Assembly (NCBI GenBank): GCA_043814095.1
Contig: JBDRKI010000036.1
Coordinates: 32,001-96,000, forward strand
Origin: Armatimonadota bacterium
GTDB lineage: Bacteria > Vulcanimicrobiota > JACPDS01 > JBDRKI01
Direction of reading: 5' to 3'
DNA length: 64,000 bases
Shown: positions 1-8,986 of the stretch, piece by piece
Numbering within the stretch: the first letter of the stretch is position 1
Layout of the letters: each line of letters starts with the position of its first letter
Notes under the pieces: generated by a model
Seen by the model: only the letters and a program-made list of their open reading frames with translations
Told to the model about the DNA's origin: nothing
Database searches by the model: none
Made by a program: the position numbers and the translations under genes

Positions 1-19
1 ATAATTTGACTTTGTTAAC

Positions 20-96
<77 letters not shown>

Positions 97-106
97 TAAA
101 CACAGT

Positions 107-182
107 GGGGCTGTAGCTCAGCTGGGAGAGCGCCTCCCTTGCACGGAGGAGGTCGTCGGTTCGATCCCGTCCAGCTCCACCA
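107..182 (+). tRNA. tRNA-Ala (TGC)
   Basis: Acceptor stem GGGGCTG/CAGCTCC with the G3:U70 Ala determinant, anticodon loop CTTGCAC, GTTCGAT T-loop, encoded CCA; 76 nt. Confidence 0.97.
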
Positions 183-190
183 TAATCTAT

Positions 191-217
191 AAAAACCACC
201 TTTTTGGTGGATTTTTT
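191..217 (+). terminator. Intrinsic terminator after the tRNA pair (CCACC/GGTGG hairpin family, copy 1)
   Basis: AAAAACCACC-TTTTT-GGTGGATTTTTT: stem-loop followed by a T-run. Confidence 0.75.
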
Positions 218-227
218 ATTATATGCA

Positions 228-253
228 AGGGAATCGGGTTGAAGATAGGGAAT
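228..253 (+). promoter_or_regulatory. SigH-like promoter (AGGG-N18-GAAT) upstream of hepT-mntA
   Basis: AGGG 228-231 and GAAT 250-253; same geometry recurs at several other gene starts in the window. Confidence 0.45.
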
Positions 254-302
254 TTTAAGGGTAGAATATAGTAATTAGGAATTATAATTGCAGGAGGCGG
301 AT

Positions 303-725
303 ATGGCTCTGGATTTGAGTAGTTTGCAAAAAGCAATAAACGCACTGGATGACTCCATAAATTCTTATATGTCAAATCAAGATAACGAGTCTTTATCAGA
401 TAAAGACATGAATACTTTAAAAGCGGGCGTTATTCAAAACTTTGAGGTAGCATATGAATTATGCTGGAAATTTATAAAGCGATGAGTAGAAGAACAGGTT
501 TCTTCAGAAATCGTTGACGGCGTGCCGCGTATAGAGTTATTCCGCGTGGGTGCTGAGAATCTGCTTATAAATGATGTGGATAAATGGATGAGTTATCATA
601 GGGCAAGAAATGTAACTTCACATACTTATAATCAACAAGACGCGGATGAGGCATTTAAAGCCGCCAAAACATTTATTGTTGAGGCAAAAGAATTATTAAA
701 AACATTAGAGGCGAAAAATGATTAA
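303..725 (+). pseudogene. hepT: HEPN ribonuclease toxin (HepT / HI0074 nucleotidyltransferase substrate-binding family) interrupted by an in-frame TGA at 483-485
   Basis: RBS CAGGAGG 291-297, ATG 303. ORFs 288-485 and 522-725 are in one frame, joined by ...LCWKFIKR*VEEQ...; IQNFEVAYEL motif and RNVTSHTY (RxxxxH-Y) HEPN motif; overlaps the downstream nucleotidyltransferase gene. Confidence 0.85.
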
Positions 726-1026
726 TATATCCGCGTCTCATCTGGAAATAGTGAAAAAAATATTGCAAAAACATGTTCCGGAATGTGAGGTTAGGGTATT
801 CGGCTCGCGTCTTAACGAGAATATAAAAAGCTATGCTGATCTTGATTTGGCAATAGTCGGTAAAGAAAAGCTTCCCATTGATAAAATCTACTCGCTGAAA
901 GAGGACTTTCAGGAGTCCGATCTTCCTTTCCGCGTGGATGTTTTGGATTGGAACGCCATTTCTCTCGAATTTAAATCAGTAATTGAAAAAGGATATGAAA
1001 TTTTACAAAAAAGAGAAAACAGGTAG
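718..1026 (+). CDS. mntA: Minimal nucleotidyltransferase antitoxin (MntA type)
   Basis: VFGSR-x9-DLDL (GSx10DxD) motif, LPFRVDVLDW, 102 aa, coupled to the HEPN gene. Confidence 0.88.
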   Translation: MINISASHLEIVKKILQKHVPECEVRVFGSRLNENIKSYADLDLAIVGKEKLPIDKIYSLKEDFQESDLPFRVDVLDWNAISLEFKSVIEKGYEILQKRENR

Positions 1027-1198
1027 GGCGCAATATGGAAGAAAATCAAGTTGAGGTTAAACAAGAAAATAAGCAGGAGGAAGAGCCGAAGCGGTTCGCG
1101 ACCTTATCCCCAAACACTGGACTTAAGTCTGGTGAATATTATACCAAAAGAGTTACCTAATTACTGAGCATCTACAGCTGTCCCTATTTTCTCCTGTA

Positions 1199-2728
1199 TT
1201 AATAAAAATTGTCTAAGCTCCAGTTTATCTGATTTTGCGTGTCTGTTGTTACATTTATTGTATTCGGATCCCATGCCCAGGTGCTGTTCCGGGTGATTAT
1301 ATTTTTCATAGGATCCGTAAAAGTAATTTCAGTGCTTTTATTCATCATGGCGACAACTACGGAATTGATGCTTTTAAATGTATCTTCGGAATTAAATGCT
1401 TCTCCCCAGACTAAAGTATCGTCGTTATTAACCTTGTCTATGCCGGCCTGAACGGCAGGGTCGTTAATTTTTTCTCCGTTATAAAAGCCTTTAAGCGAAT
1501 TAAGCACTTCTAATACATCGGCTTGCTCGATTCTTTCGTTATAAATTGATGTGCCGTTATTTAGCAAAGTAAAAAGCCAGGGAATCTGCCATATGTATCT
1601 TTTGCCGTATACAACGGCGTCATCCGCATAATCGGGATAATTATTGAAAACATTTTCAATAGGGGTGTTTGTCTGTATTGCGGATTGTAAAAGCAAGCAT
1701 TGAGCAGCCGATGAAGCAAATTGATTCTGCCCTCTGTTGTAAAAATAACTTAAAATTATTCCCATTGCCGAGTAGCTTTGTATATATATACCGTCTGCCG
1801 GAGCGGTATAAGTTCTTGTTGTACCGTTATATTCTTTTGCCGTAAAATCGCCGTTTTGATAAGGTGTTCTTGTGCCATCTTGATTTAAGTATTGAAAAGC
1901 CCAGCCGCTCAGGGTGTAACCCGGATAAGGAACGGTAGGATTTGTATTCGGATAGGGGACCTTGTTCATGTTATAAGATAGGGCGTCATAATATCCTTTT
2001 TCAACAGCAGCCCAGATAAAGCCCTGCCGGTTGACATCGCAAAGCACTGCATCTCTTCCCTGATCAGAGCCGAAAGTCGCTCCTCCGTTAAGGTAATATA
2101 AAAATTTGTAGAATTCCCATTCTTTATCCTCTGCTGTTCCTCCATAGCCGGGGTTTAATGCATTAAACAAAAGCACCCACGGCTGATTATCAATCTGGAA
2201 GTAACCCGAATGTGTCGCTACTAAAGGATTAAATGTTGTCTCCTGAAAACCTACTGCAAGAGAATAATTCAGTCCCATTGATGCCATTATCTGATCTATT
2301 TGATTAATATCCGCTCCTGATTCATATAAGTCGTCGACAACATTTGTTAAATTCAGAAATACACAATATCCTATAGCCATCGCTATGGCTTCTTTTTTAA
2401 TATCAGCATCACCATCAATTTTAAGTGCTGTTCCGGCGGCAAGAACTGCATCCCACTGGGCGATTGAAACATGCACCGAATCCGTATTGAGAATAAATTT
2501 ATTATACTGGGATGTGCTTTCTGAAGCCCGTTCTATTCTCGGACCCGTTTCGCCTTCTAAAAAATTGCCGTCATTATCTGTTAATAAATAAGGATCAGAT
2601 GTTTCCGCGTTGCTGCTACTGGAGGGCGGGGTTTTGGAACAATTGAAAATTGCAAGTGATATTAATAAAAGAAATATTATAATACAAGCATTTTTAATAA
2701 TTATTGAATTATAATTTTTGTTATTCAA
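1199..2728 (-). CDS. Putative lipoprotein with lysozyme-like / lytic transglycosylase motifs
   Basis: Hydrophobic N-terminus ending IFNC, Ser-rich linker; LAVGFQETTFNP..SGYFQI and LSYFYNRG resemble SLT motifs I-III; start codon uncertain. Confidence 0.6.
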   Translation of the reverse strand: MNNKNYNSIIIKNACIIIFLLLISLAIFNCSKTPPSSSSNAETSDPYLLTDNDGNFLEGETGPRIERASESTSQYNKFILNTDSVHVSIAQWDAVLAAGTALKIDGDADIKKEAIAMAIGYCVFLNLTNVVDDLYESGADINQIDQIMASMGLNYSLAVGFQETTFNPLVATHSGYFQIDNQPWVLLFNALNPGYGGTAEDKEWEFYKFLYYLNGGATFGSDQGRDAVLCDVNRQGFIWAAVEKGYYDALSYNMNKVPYPNTNPTVPYPGYTLSGWAFQYLNQDGTRTPYQNGDFTAKEYNGTTRTYTAPADGIYIQSYSAMGIILSYFYNRGQNQFASSAAQCLLLQSAIQTNTPIENVFNNYPDYADDAVVYGKRYIWQIPWLFTLLNNGTSIYNERIEQADVLEVLNSLKGFYNGEKINDPAVQAGIDKVNNDDTLVWGEAFNSEDTFKSINSVVVAMMNKSTEITFTDPMKNIITRNSTWAWDPNTINVTTDTQNQINWSLDNFY

Positions 2729-3100
2729 TTAAATACCCCAACAACGCATTGTTTAGGACAGCGATTTGTTTCTCTTCTACTTATATTATATCCTCTCTGT
2801 GCTTATAAGGATATAAGCCGAAAGGAGTATTTTTTGCCGAAAAATGCTACAAAAAGACGGATTTTTTGTTGTTTAAGAGCTGATTAAATCAATAAATTCA
2901 TCAATTCTTCAAATAATCTTCATAATTTCTTTATTATATTATTTTATAATAAATATGCCGGAAGAGAAGGCATCCGGCTAACAGCAGTTTCATAAGGCGT
3001 CCTCTTTTTAGATACCCAAAGGGAGTTTTAAATATCCGTAGAATAGTGCTGTTAGATAATACAGTAATGATTTATTATAAAATCTAAAGGAGATTTTAAT

Positions 3101-4204
3101 ATGAAAAAAAGAATATTTTTATGGCTGGTTCTTTCGGTTATTATATCCGGCATTATTTTTTGGAGTTTAGGGTGTACGGGGGGGAGTGTAGTTGGTGAAA
3201 GCAGTGATGATAATAATGATGCTCCCGCCACTACATCGGTTAATCTTTTGCAATCCGCATACATCCAGCTTGGCGCAACAGATTCATTGAGTACTATTAC
3301 CAGGGGAGGGGTTAATTCTTTAGATGTAATTATTTTCGCGTTTGGAAATATAGCATCATCCAGCATAGATAATTCTTATCTTACCTGGATGCAGACTTTT
3401 ATAAATCACAGGAATCCTAATTCAGTAATTTTTTTAAGCATAGGAGGAGAGACTGTAAGGCCCGAGCATATTACAGCAGCCGGAGGATCAAGCGCCATTG
3501 TTACGAATATAGTTGCTCAGATTCACTCATACAACAACAGCCTGGCAGGCGGCTCTATAACCGGTGTGGATCTTGATCTTGAGAATGCGATAGATGCGGC
3601 TACTATTAATAGTCTGGCTAAAGGGTTTAAGGATGCGGGATTAATAGTATGTACAGCACCCCAGGTATATTTAAGTTCGGGTGCATCTGTTGATCCTTCA
3701 AATCCTACAAACATGGTTTTAACCTCAGGGGGAGCTCTGGCAACTACAAATACTTACGGAACGGCTATCTCAAACGGATATGTTGATTATATAATGGTCC
3801 AGACATATAATTCCGGAGGTATTACCATAAACGGGTATGCTGAAAACAATGTGCAGTTTTTTAAAGCTGTTTCAAACGCTTTAAACAGCTCAAGAGGAAT
3901 ATTATCCATACCCGATCATACGAAAATATTTGTAGGCCAGGTGGCGAATCAATGCGCGGGCGGGCAGTATAATATATTCAATCCCAACCTTGGCTGGCCT
4001 TTCCCGGTGGTATATGATCAGCAGGCCATATTGAATCAGCTGAAAACAGATATACTCTCAATGGAGTCAGATAGTACGAATTACGGGAATATATCAGGTG
4101 TAATGGTATGGTCGCTGAATAATGATTATATGCCTACAGGTTGGAGTGATACATATGCGACTTCAGGCGCGTTCACCCGGACCATATTCGGCGCATCAGA
4201 TTAA
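3101..4204 (+). CDS. Glycoside hydrolase family 18 (chitinase-like) lipoprotein
   Basis: Lipoprotein signal (SLGC25); FLSIGG, GVDLDLE (DxDxE catalytic), MVQTYN and GVMVWSLNND motifs. Confidence 0.85.
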   Translation: MKKRIFLWLVLSVIISGIIFWSLGCTGGSVVGESSDDNNDAPATTSVNLLQSAYIQLGATDSLSTITRGGVNSLDVIIFAFGNIASSSIDNSYLTWMQTFINHRNPNSVIFLSIGGETVRPEHITAAGGSSAIVTNIVAQIHSYNNSLAGGSITGVDLDLENAIDAATINSLAKGFKDAGLIVCTAPQVYLSSGASVDPSNPTNMVLTSGGALATTNTYGTAISNGYVDYIMVQTYNSGGITINGYAENNVQFFKAVSNALNSSRGILSIPDHTKIFVGQVANQCAGGQYNIFNPNLGWPFPVVYDQQAILNQLKTDILSMESDSTNYGNISGVMVWSLNNDYMPTGWSDTYATSGAFTRTIFGASD

Positions 4205-4244
4205 TAATATTAAGTACAGTGTAAGATGTGAAGTGTAAAATGAT

Positions 4245-4272
4245 AAAAAATCCACCTTTTAGGTGGATTTTT
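4245..4272. terminator. Bidirectional intrinsic terminator (CCACC/GGTGG hairpin family, copy 2)
   Basis: AAAAAATCCACCT-TTT-AGGTGGATTTTT between convergent genes. Confidence 0.8.
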
Positions 4273-4326
4273 GGTAGTGTCAGATTTTTTGTTTTATGTA
4301 ACAATTACTATTCCGGGCAATATAAC

Positions 4327-5358
4327 CTACATCTGTATCCTGTCTTCCGGTTTCAATATTACGGGTTGTTTTGGCAAAAGCTTAAAGAAATTATCATGCG
4401 CTACTTTTCTTGCTGTCTCTGGTGTAAGATCGTTTAAAAGCACATCATATTTTCTTATCTCGCTTTTGTATTTTTCTAAAGGCATGAAGCGTCCCACTAT
4501 ATCGGTTCCCAGCGTGAACCTGTCCGGATATTTTTCTATAACGGGGAGCCACTTTTTATCAAGTATCATACTTGGATCAAGTTCGTAATCCCATACAAGC
4601 CAGGATAGATCTACATTAAGGTTCGGGTATTTTCCAAGCTGTTCGGATATAATATCCTGGAGGTTCGGTATATATATATCATTGGATATCCCTATATGGG
4701 CCCATACAAATTTTGTTTTAGGGTTATTTCTTACCGCATTCATCATCTGTTCAAGATATATAGGTTTCGGGTTTGACCCGCTTGTTATATTATTATGGAT
4801 AACAACAGGCATATCATATTTTGCCGCAAATTTGTATATCATATCATATGCGTCACTGTCAGGCCGGGGTATTTCCCCTGAAGTCATATAACTTATATAA
4901 TCATGGTGGGCAAAAATCTCGCCTATTCCCTGCCATAGTCCGGGATAGGTCTGTATAAGCCTTTTTACCTGGTCAAGGGAATTTTTATCGTTCCCGTTAA
5001 AACCGCACATGAAGGGGTGAAGTCTTTTTTTCTGCTCATCGGTAGCATTCAGGTAAGCCGCGGCTATCAGATAGTCTGTTTTAGTATCCCAGTACATTCT
5101 TGTCTCGGAATCAAGTGAATGAACCGGCTGCTTTTTCTCACAACCCCATATTTTTATTACCGGCAGCCCCCATAGCACGGCATCCGTTACTTTGGCATGG
5201 TCCATGCATTTTAACAGTACATCAACACCGTCCGTATTCTGGGCAAAATCAACATAATGGACGTGGGCATCAACTATTTCATACTTCATCGGTTCTTCCG
5301 CAAAAGCAAAAGTTGCAATACCTATAAACAGCAAACAGATAATCAGAATTTTTTTCAT
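4327..5358 (-). CDS. Exported amidohydrolase-superfamily metal-dependent hydrolase (Amidohydro_2-like)
   Basis: Signal peptide (AFA-EE), DAHVH, GIGE, VWAHIG and LGTD motifs; ATGA overlap with the cimA stop. Confidence 0.8.
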   Translation of the reverse strand: MKKILIICLLFIGIATFAFAEEPMKYEIVDAHVHYVDFAQNTDGVDVLLKCMDHAKVTDAVLWGLPVIKIWGCEKKQPVHSLDSETRMYWDTKTDYLIAAAYLNATDEQKKRLHPFMCGFNGNDKNSLDQVKRLIQTYPGLWQGIGEIFAHHDYISYMTSGEIPRPDSDAYDMIYKFAAKYDMPVVIHNNITSGSNPKPIYLEQMMNAVRNNPKTKFVWAHIGISNDIYIPNLQDIISEQLGKYPNLNVDLSWLVWDYELDPSMILDKKWLPVIEKYPDRFTLGTDIVGRFMPLEKYKSEIRKYDVLLNDLTPETARKVAHDNFFKLLPKQPVILKPEDRIQM

Positions 5359-6953
5359 ATTCTCTCCTCTATGCTATTTTTATTATCCGAATCTTTCACT
5401 AATTTATATTCAATACTGTCAGTTATTGCCTGCAATCCTGCCTCTATTAAATTCTCAGATACGCCTACTGTGGACCAGGTGTCTTTATCATCTTTTGACT
5501 GTAGAAGCACCCGCACCTTTGACGCTGTGCCTTTTTTTTCGTCCAGGACCCTTATCTTAAAATCGGAAAGGTGTATTTTTTTAACTGCGGGATAAAACTT
5601 GCATAAAATTTTCTTAAGAGCGCTATCAAGAGCCGTGACAATTCCTTTGCTCTTTATGGATATCTTTTTCTTTGTGCCTTTTACTTCGATATTGAGAACT
5701 ACCCCGGTGATTGTTTTTTTACCGGCTTTCTTTTCGACTATTATACGGAAACTTTCCAGTTCAAGGAATTTATTGTATTTTTTAATCGTTTTTTTGAGCA
5801 GGAGGTCAAAAGATGCTTCCGCCGCTTCAAAATAGTAACCTTTATGTTCAAGTTCCTGGACGGTTTTTAATAGTTTTTTAGTCTTTTTATCTTCTTTATC
5901 TATCTCAAAGCCCATTGCTTTTGCGTGGAACAATATCTCGGTTTTACCTCCGAGCTCGGAAACTAAGATCCTGCGGCTGTTTCCTACTAAAGACGGTTCA
6001 ACATGTTCATAAGCATGGGAGTTTTTTAAAACCGCATTAATATGAACGCCGGCTTTATGAGCGAAAGCGGATTGCCCCGTATAGGGTTGTTCGTGCCTGG
6101 GACTTATATTGCTTATCTCGCTTACAAAACGGGAGACCCGTGTCAGCTGTTTCAGGTTCTCATCCGGGATGCAGTCAATTCCGAGTTTTAATTTAAGACT
6201 TGCGATTATAGGGATAAGGTCGGCATTGCCGCACCTTTCCCCGTATCCGTTAATGGTGCCCTGCACCATACTGCACCCTGCTTCAATCCCCGCAATGCTG
6301 TTGGCTATACCCAGCCCTATGTCATTATGGCAGTGTATCCCAAGGCGCGCTTTTATATGGGGCTTAACCTCGGATATTATTTTTGTTAACTTGCTGGTTA
6401 AGACGCCGCCGTTGGTCTCACAGAGTACCAGATATTCCGCTCCTGCTTTCTGCGCGGTTTTTAAACAGTCGATACTGTATTTTTTATTTGCTATGTATCC
6501 GTCAAAAAAATGTTCAGCATCATAAAATACAGTAAGCCCGTTTGAAGTAAGAAACCTTACGCTGTCTTCTATCATGCGTAAGTTTTCTTCAAGGGTTGTT
6601 CTTAGGACATCTTTTACGTGCAGGTCCCATGTCTTGCCGAAGATGGTTGCGTATTTTACTTTAGCCTTTAAAAGATCATTAAGATTCTTGTCTTCGCAAG
6701 CCTTTATACCAGCGCGTCTTGTAGAGCCGAAAGCAACAGGCTTGCTGTATTTAAGGCCCATTTTTGATATTTTAAGAAAAAATTCCATATCCTTGGGGTT
6801 TGAACCCGGCCATCCGCCTTCTATAAAATGGATGCCCAGCTTATCCAGCTCATTTGCTATGCGCAGTTTATCTGCTACTGTATAGGAGATGCCTTCACCC
6901 TGAGAGCCATCCCTTAAAGTTGTGTCATATAATTTTATATCCGAAGATCCCAT
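5355..6953 (-). CDS. cimA: Citramalate synthase
   Basis: YDTTLRDGSQGEG, IEGGWPGSNPKD, HCHND, GYGERCGNA and AFAHKAGVH motifs, plus LeuA-type regulatory domain. Confidence 0.9.
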   Translation of the reverse strand: MGSSDIKLYDTTLRDGSQGEGISYTVADKLRIANELDKLGIHFIEGGWPGSNPKDMEFFLKISKMGLKYSKPVAFGSTRRAGIKACEDKNLNDLLKAKVKYATIFGKTWDLHVKDVLRTTLEENLRMIEDSVRFLTSNGLTVFYDAEHFFDGYIANKKYSIDCLKTAQKAGAEYLVLCETNGGVLTSKLTKIISEVKPHIKARLGIHCHNDIGLGIANSIAGIEAGCSMVQGTINGYGERCGNADLIPIIASLKLKLGIDCIPDENLKQLTRVSRFVSEISNISPRHEQPYTGQSAFAHKAGVHINAVLKNSHAYEHVEPSLVGNSRRILVSELGGKTEILFHAKAMGFEIDKEDKKTKKLLKTVQELEHKGYYFEAAEASFDLLLKKTIKKYNKFLELESFRIIVEKKAGKKTITGVVLNIEVKGTKKKISIKSKGIVTALDSALKKILCKFYPAVKKIHLSDFKIRVLDEKKGTASKVRVLLQSKDDKDTWSTVGVSENLIEAGLQAITDSIEYKLVKDSDNKNSIEERI

Positions 6954-7154
6954 GTTTTACGGAGCCTCCTTTTACTTATGTCTCTGTATTTTATAATTAT
7001 ACAATTTATTGAATTCTATATTTTTATATTTTTTCCTTGATAAAAGCAGAAAAAATATAGTTGATTTGAGAATAATTATACAAGGAAATAGAATAAAATT
7101 GGTGAAATTATAGTTAAATAGTAAAGAATTATAAATAACTTTATGGGGTGTTAA

Positions 7155-8699
7155 ATGAGAAAAATACCGGTATTTACTTTAATCATTATTATGCTGCTTT
7201 TAACCGGGTGTTTTGCGACTCCTGCGGCAGTTAAATATAAAATACCTCCTCCTGTTCTTGATAATAATCCCCAGTTTGATATGGTCCTGACAAACGAGAG
7301 GCCCATTCTGTCTGTCAGCAATCCTTCGGGCTGTTGCGATTTTACTCTTGATTATGAAATATCAAAGAGTGCGTTTTTTCTTCCGGGAGATACAATAAAG
7401 TATTCAGGGATTAAACCTCATAATGATATGGTAAGCGCTTTTCAGATAAAAGAAGGTGATGAGCTGTCTGACGGTACATATTACTGGCGCGCAAGGACTG
7501 TTGATAAAGTCGGCAATAAGAGTAAGTGGGTTTTTACAAGATTTCATGTTGATGTTAAAAATTCCAGGACATTTTCCGGTTTTTTAAGGGCAGAGGTAAA
7601 GGATATTGAAGTATCAAGCGGGCAGGATAAGAAAAATATAATTGACTGGAATGACCAGGGTCAGATCACATTTTGGAATAATACTCCGTCAGCAGGAGAG
7701 CCCTTCCAGTGGGTTATGCTTGATATGGGAAAACCAGCTCCTGTTTCGCGTTTTTGGATTCTTTCAACAAGGAAAGTAACCATGGCGGCAGGCTGGCTTA
7801 CGCATTTCCTCTGGCAGTACAGCAATGACAAAGAAAAATGGGTAGATATCCCGGGTACGGAAGTTAAAAACAATGATACCTATAAAAATATTATTGATTT
7901 TAAACCTGTAAATGCCAGGTATTATCGCCTTGTTATTTATTCTCAGAACGCATTACAGGCCCAGATTAATGTAATAATACCCTATGTGAAAGGTCAGTCT
8001 CAGGTTCCTGAAGTTCCCGACGGGAAATACGTATTGATAATAGGGAACCAGATGAACGGGTACACCTACACAAATCTTGCTGAGTTTGTGGAAAAGCAAG
8101 GGCTTAAAGCGGTTGTGGTGCCGCATTATGAGATCTCGTATGATGTTTTAAGAAAGTTAAAGAATAAACCCATGGCTATAATTTTTAGCGGGAATAATGC
8201 CGACTGGCAGTATCTTCCGCTCTTTGAATATTACGGGGAGTATGAGATTATAAGAAAAGTCTATGATATCCCTATGATGGGTATCTGCGCGGGTAATGAG
8301 TTCATGGCTATGGCATACGGGGTCAGTTTCGCTCACTGGATGGGCTGGTTTGATGATACAATGTTCAGGCTTTCCAAAGGAGAAAATCCCGATAAAGTAA
8401 AGATTAAAAAAGAATTTAAAGATGACCCTATTTTTGAAGGACTGCCGAATCCTTTCAGAGCGGTTGAGATTCACAGCTGGGCTATAAGCCCGCTCTTTCT
8501 TAAAGATAAGCGGTACAGTGAATTCAGGGAAACAGCCTCAAGCTCTTATATTCAAGCATTAAAAAGCATAAAAAGACCCCTTTATTCCGAGCAGTTTCAC
8601 GGAGCCGTGGTTAATAAATATAATCAAAGCGGCGGCTATCTTTCCAATTTTCTGAAAATTGCCGAAAAAAAATATATGTTGAGAGATTCCTCTAATTGA
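7155..8699 (+). CDS. Lipoprotein: Ig/Fn3-like + discoidin (F5/8 type C) + class I glutamine amidotransferase-like domain
   Basis: LTGC lipobox; YYWRARTVD beta-sandwich; WVMLDMG..FKPVNARYYRL discoidin; PMMGICAGNEF nucleophile elbow and QFH. Confidence 0.7.
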   Translation: MRKIPVFTLIIIMLLLTGCFATPAAVKYKIPPPVLDNNPQFDMVLTNERPILSVSNPSGCCDFTLDYEISKSAFFLPGDTIKYSGIKPHNDMVSAFQIKEGDELSDGTYYWRARTVDKVGNKSKWVFTRFHVDVKNSRTFSGFLRAEVKDIEVSSGQDKKNIIDWNDQGQITFWNNTPSAGEPFQWVMLDMGKPAPVSRFWILSTRKVTMAAGWLTHFLWQYSNDKEKWVDIPGTEVKNNDTYKNIIDFKPVNARYYRLVIYSQNALQAQINVIIPYVKGQSQVPEVPDGKYVLIIGNQMNGYTYTNLAEFVEKQGLKAVVVPHYEISYDVLRKLKNKPMAIIFSGNNADWQYLPLFEYYGEYEIIRKVYDIPMMGICAGNEFMAMAYGVSFAHWMGWFDDTMFRLSKGENPDKVKIKKEFKDDPIFEGLPNPFRAVEIHSWAISPLFLKDKRYSEFRETASSSYIQALKSIKRPLYSEQFHGAVVNKYNQSGGYLSNFLKIAEKKYMLRDSSN

Positions 8700-8725
8700 C
8701 TTATGATATCATATATGATATCATA
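8696..8725 (+). promoter_or_regulatory. sigma70-type hicAB promoter overlapped by two tandem 12-bp palindromes (probable HicB operator)
   Basis: TTGACT 8696-8701, 17 bp, TATCAT 8719-8724; TATGATATCATA at 8702-8713 and 8714-8725. Confidence 0.75.
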
Positions 8726-8747
8726 TATATGGGGATAGGAGAGAGCT

Positions 8748-8984
8748 TTGAAGGAAGAAAAGCTACTTAATAAAATTAAAAATAATCCTAAAAGTGTTAA
8801 ATTTAATGAAATTGAACTTTTATTGAAGTGCTACGGCTTTGCTTTACAAAGGCAGAAAGGAAGCCATAGAATTTATAAAAAAGGCAATATTCTGGTTAAC
8901 ATTCAAAGAATAAAAGGAGAAGTTAAGCCGTATCAGGTAAAACAGGTCATTCTGGCTATAGAAGAGATTTTGAGAGGTGATTAG
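8748..8984 (+). CDS. hicA: HicA family toxin (mRNA interferase)
   Basis: 78 aa basic protein with RQKGSH and VKPYQVKQV motifs; TTG start after GGAG RBS. Confidence 0.9.
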   Translation: MKEEKLLNKIKNNPKSVKFNEIELLLKCYGFALQRQKGSHRIYKKGNILVNIQRIKGEVKPYQVKQVILAIEEILRGD

Positions 8985-8986
8985 TT

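Noticed and set aside
483-485. Genome-wide TGA reassignment (Trp or Gly) or selenocysteine suggested by the in-frame TGA in hepT
   Set aside because: TGA is a genuine stop elsewhere (ATGA overlaps at 5355-5358, 26069-26072, 29903-29906, 47016-47019), Trp is encoded by TGG throughout, and the position is not a catalytic Cys
1035-1160. 41-codon ORF (MEENQVEVKQENKQEEEPKRF...) right after mntA, as a third TA component
   Set aside because: Low complexity, weak RBS and no recognisable motif; more likely a gene remnant, and cannot be supported as functional
183-4272. Integrative element or prophage at tRNA-Ala
   Set aside because: No integrase, no phage genes and no duplicated tRNA 3' end were seen; only the shared hairpin, reported separately
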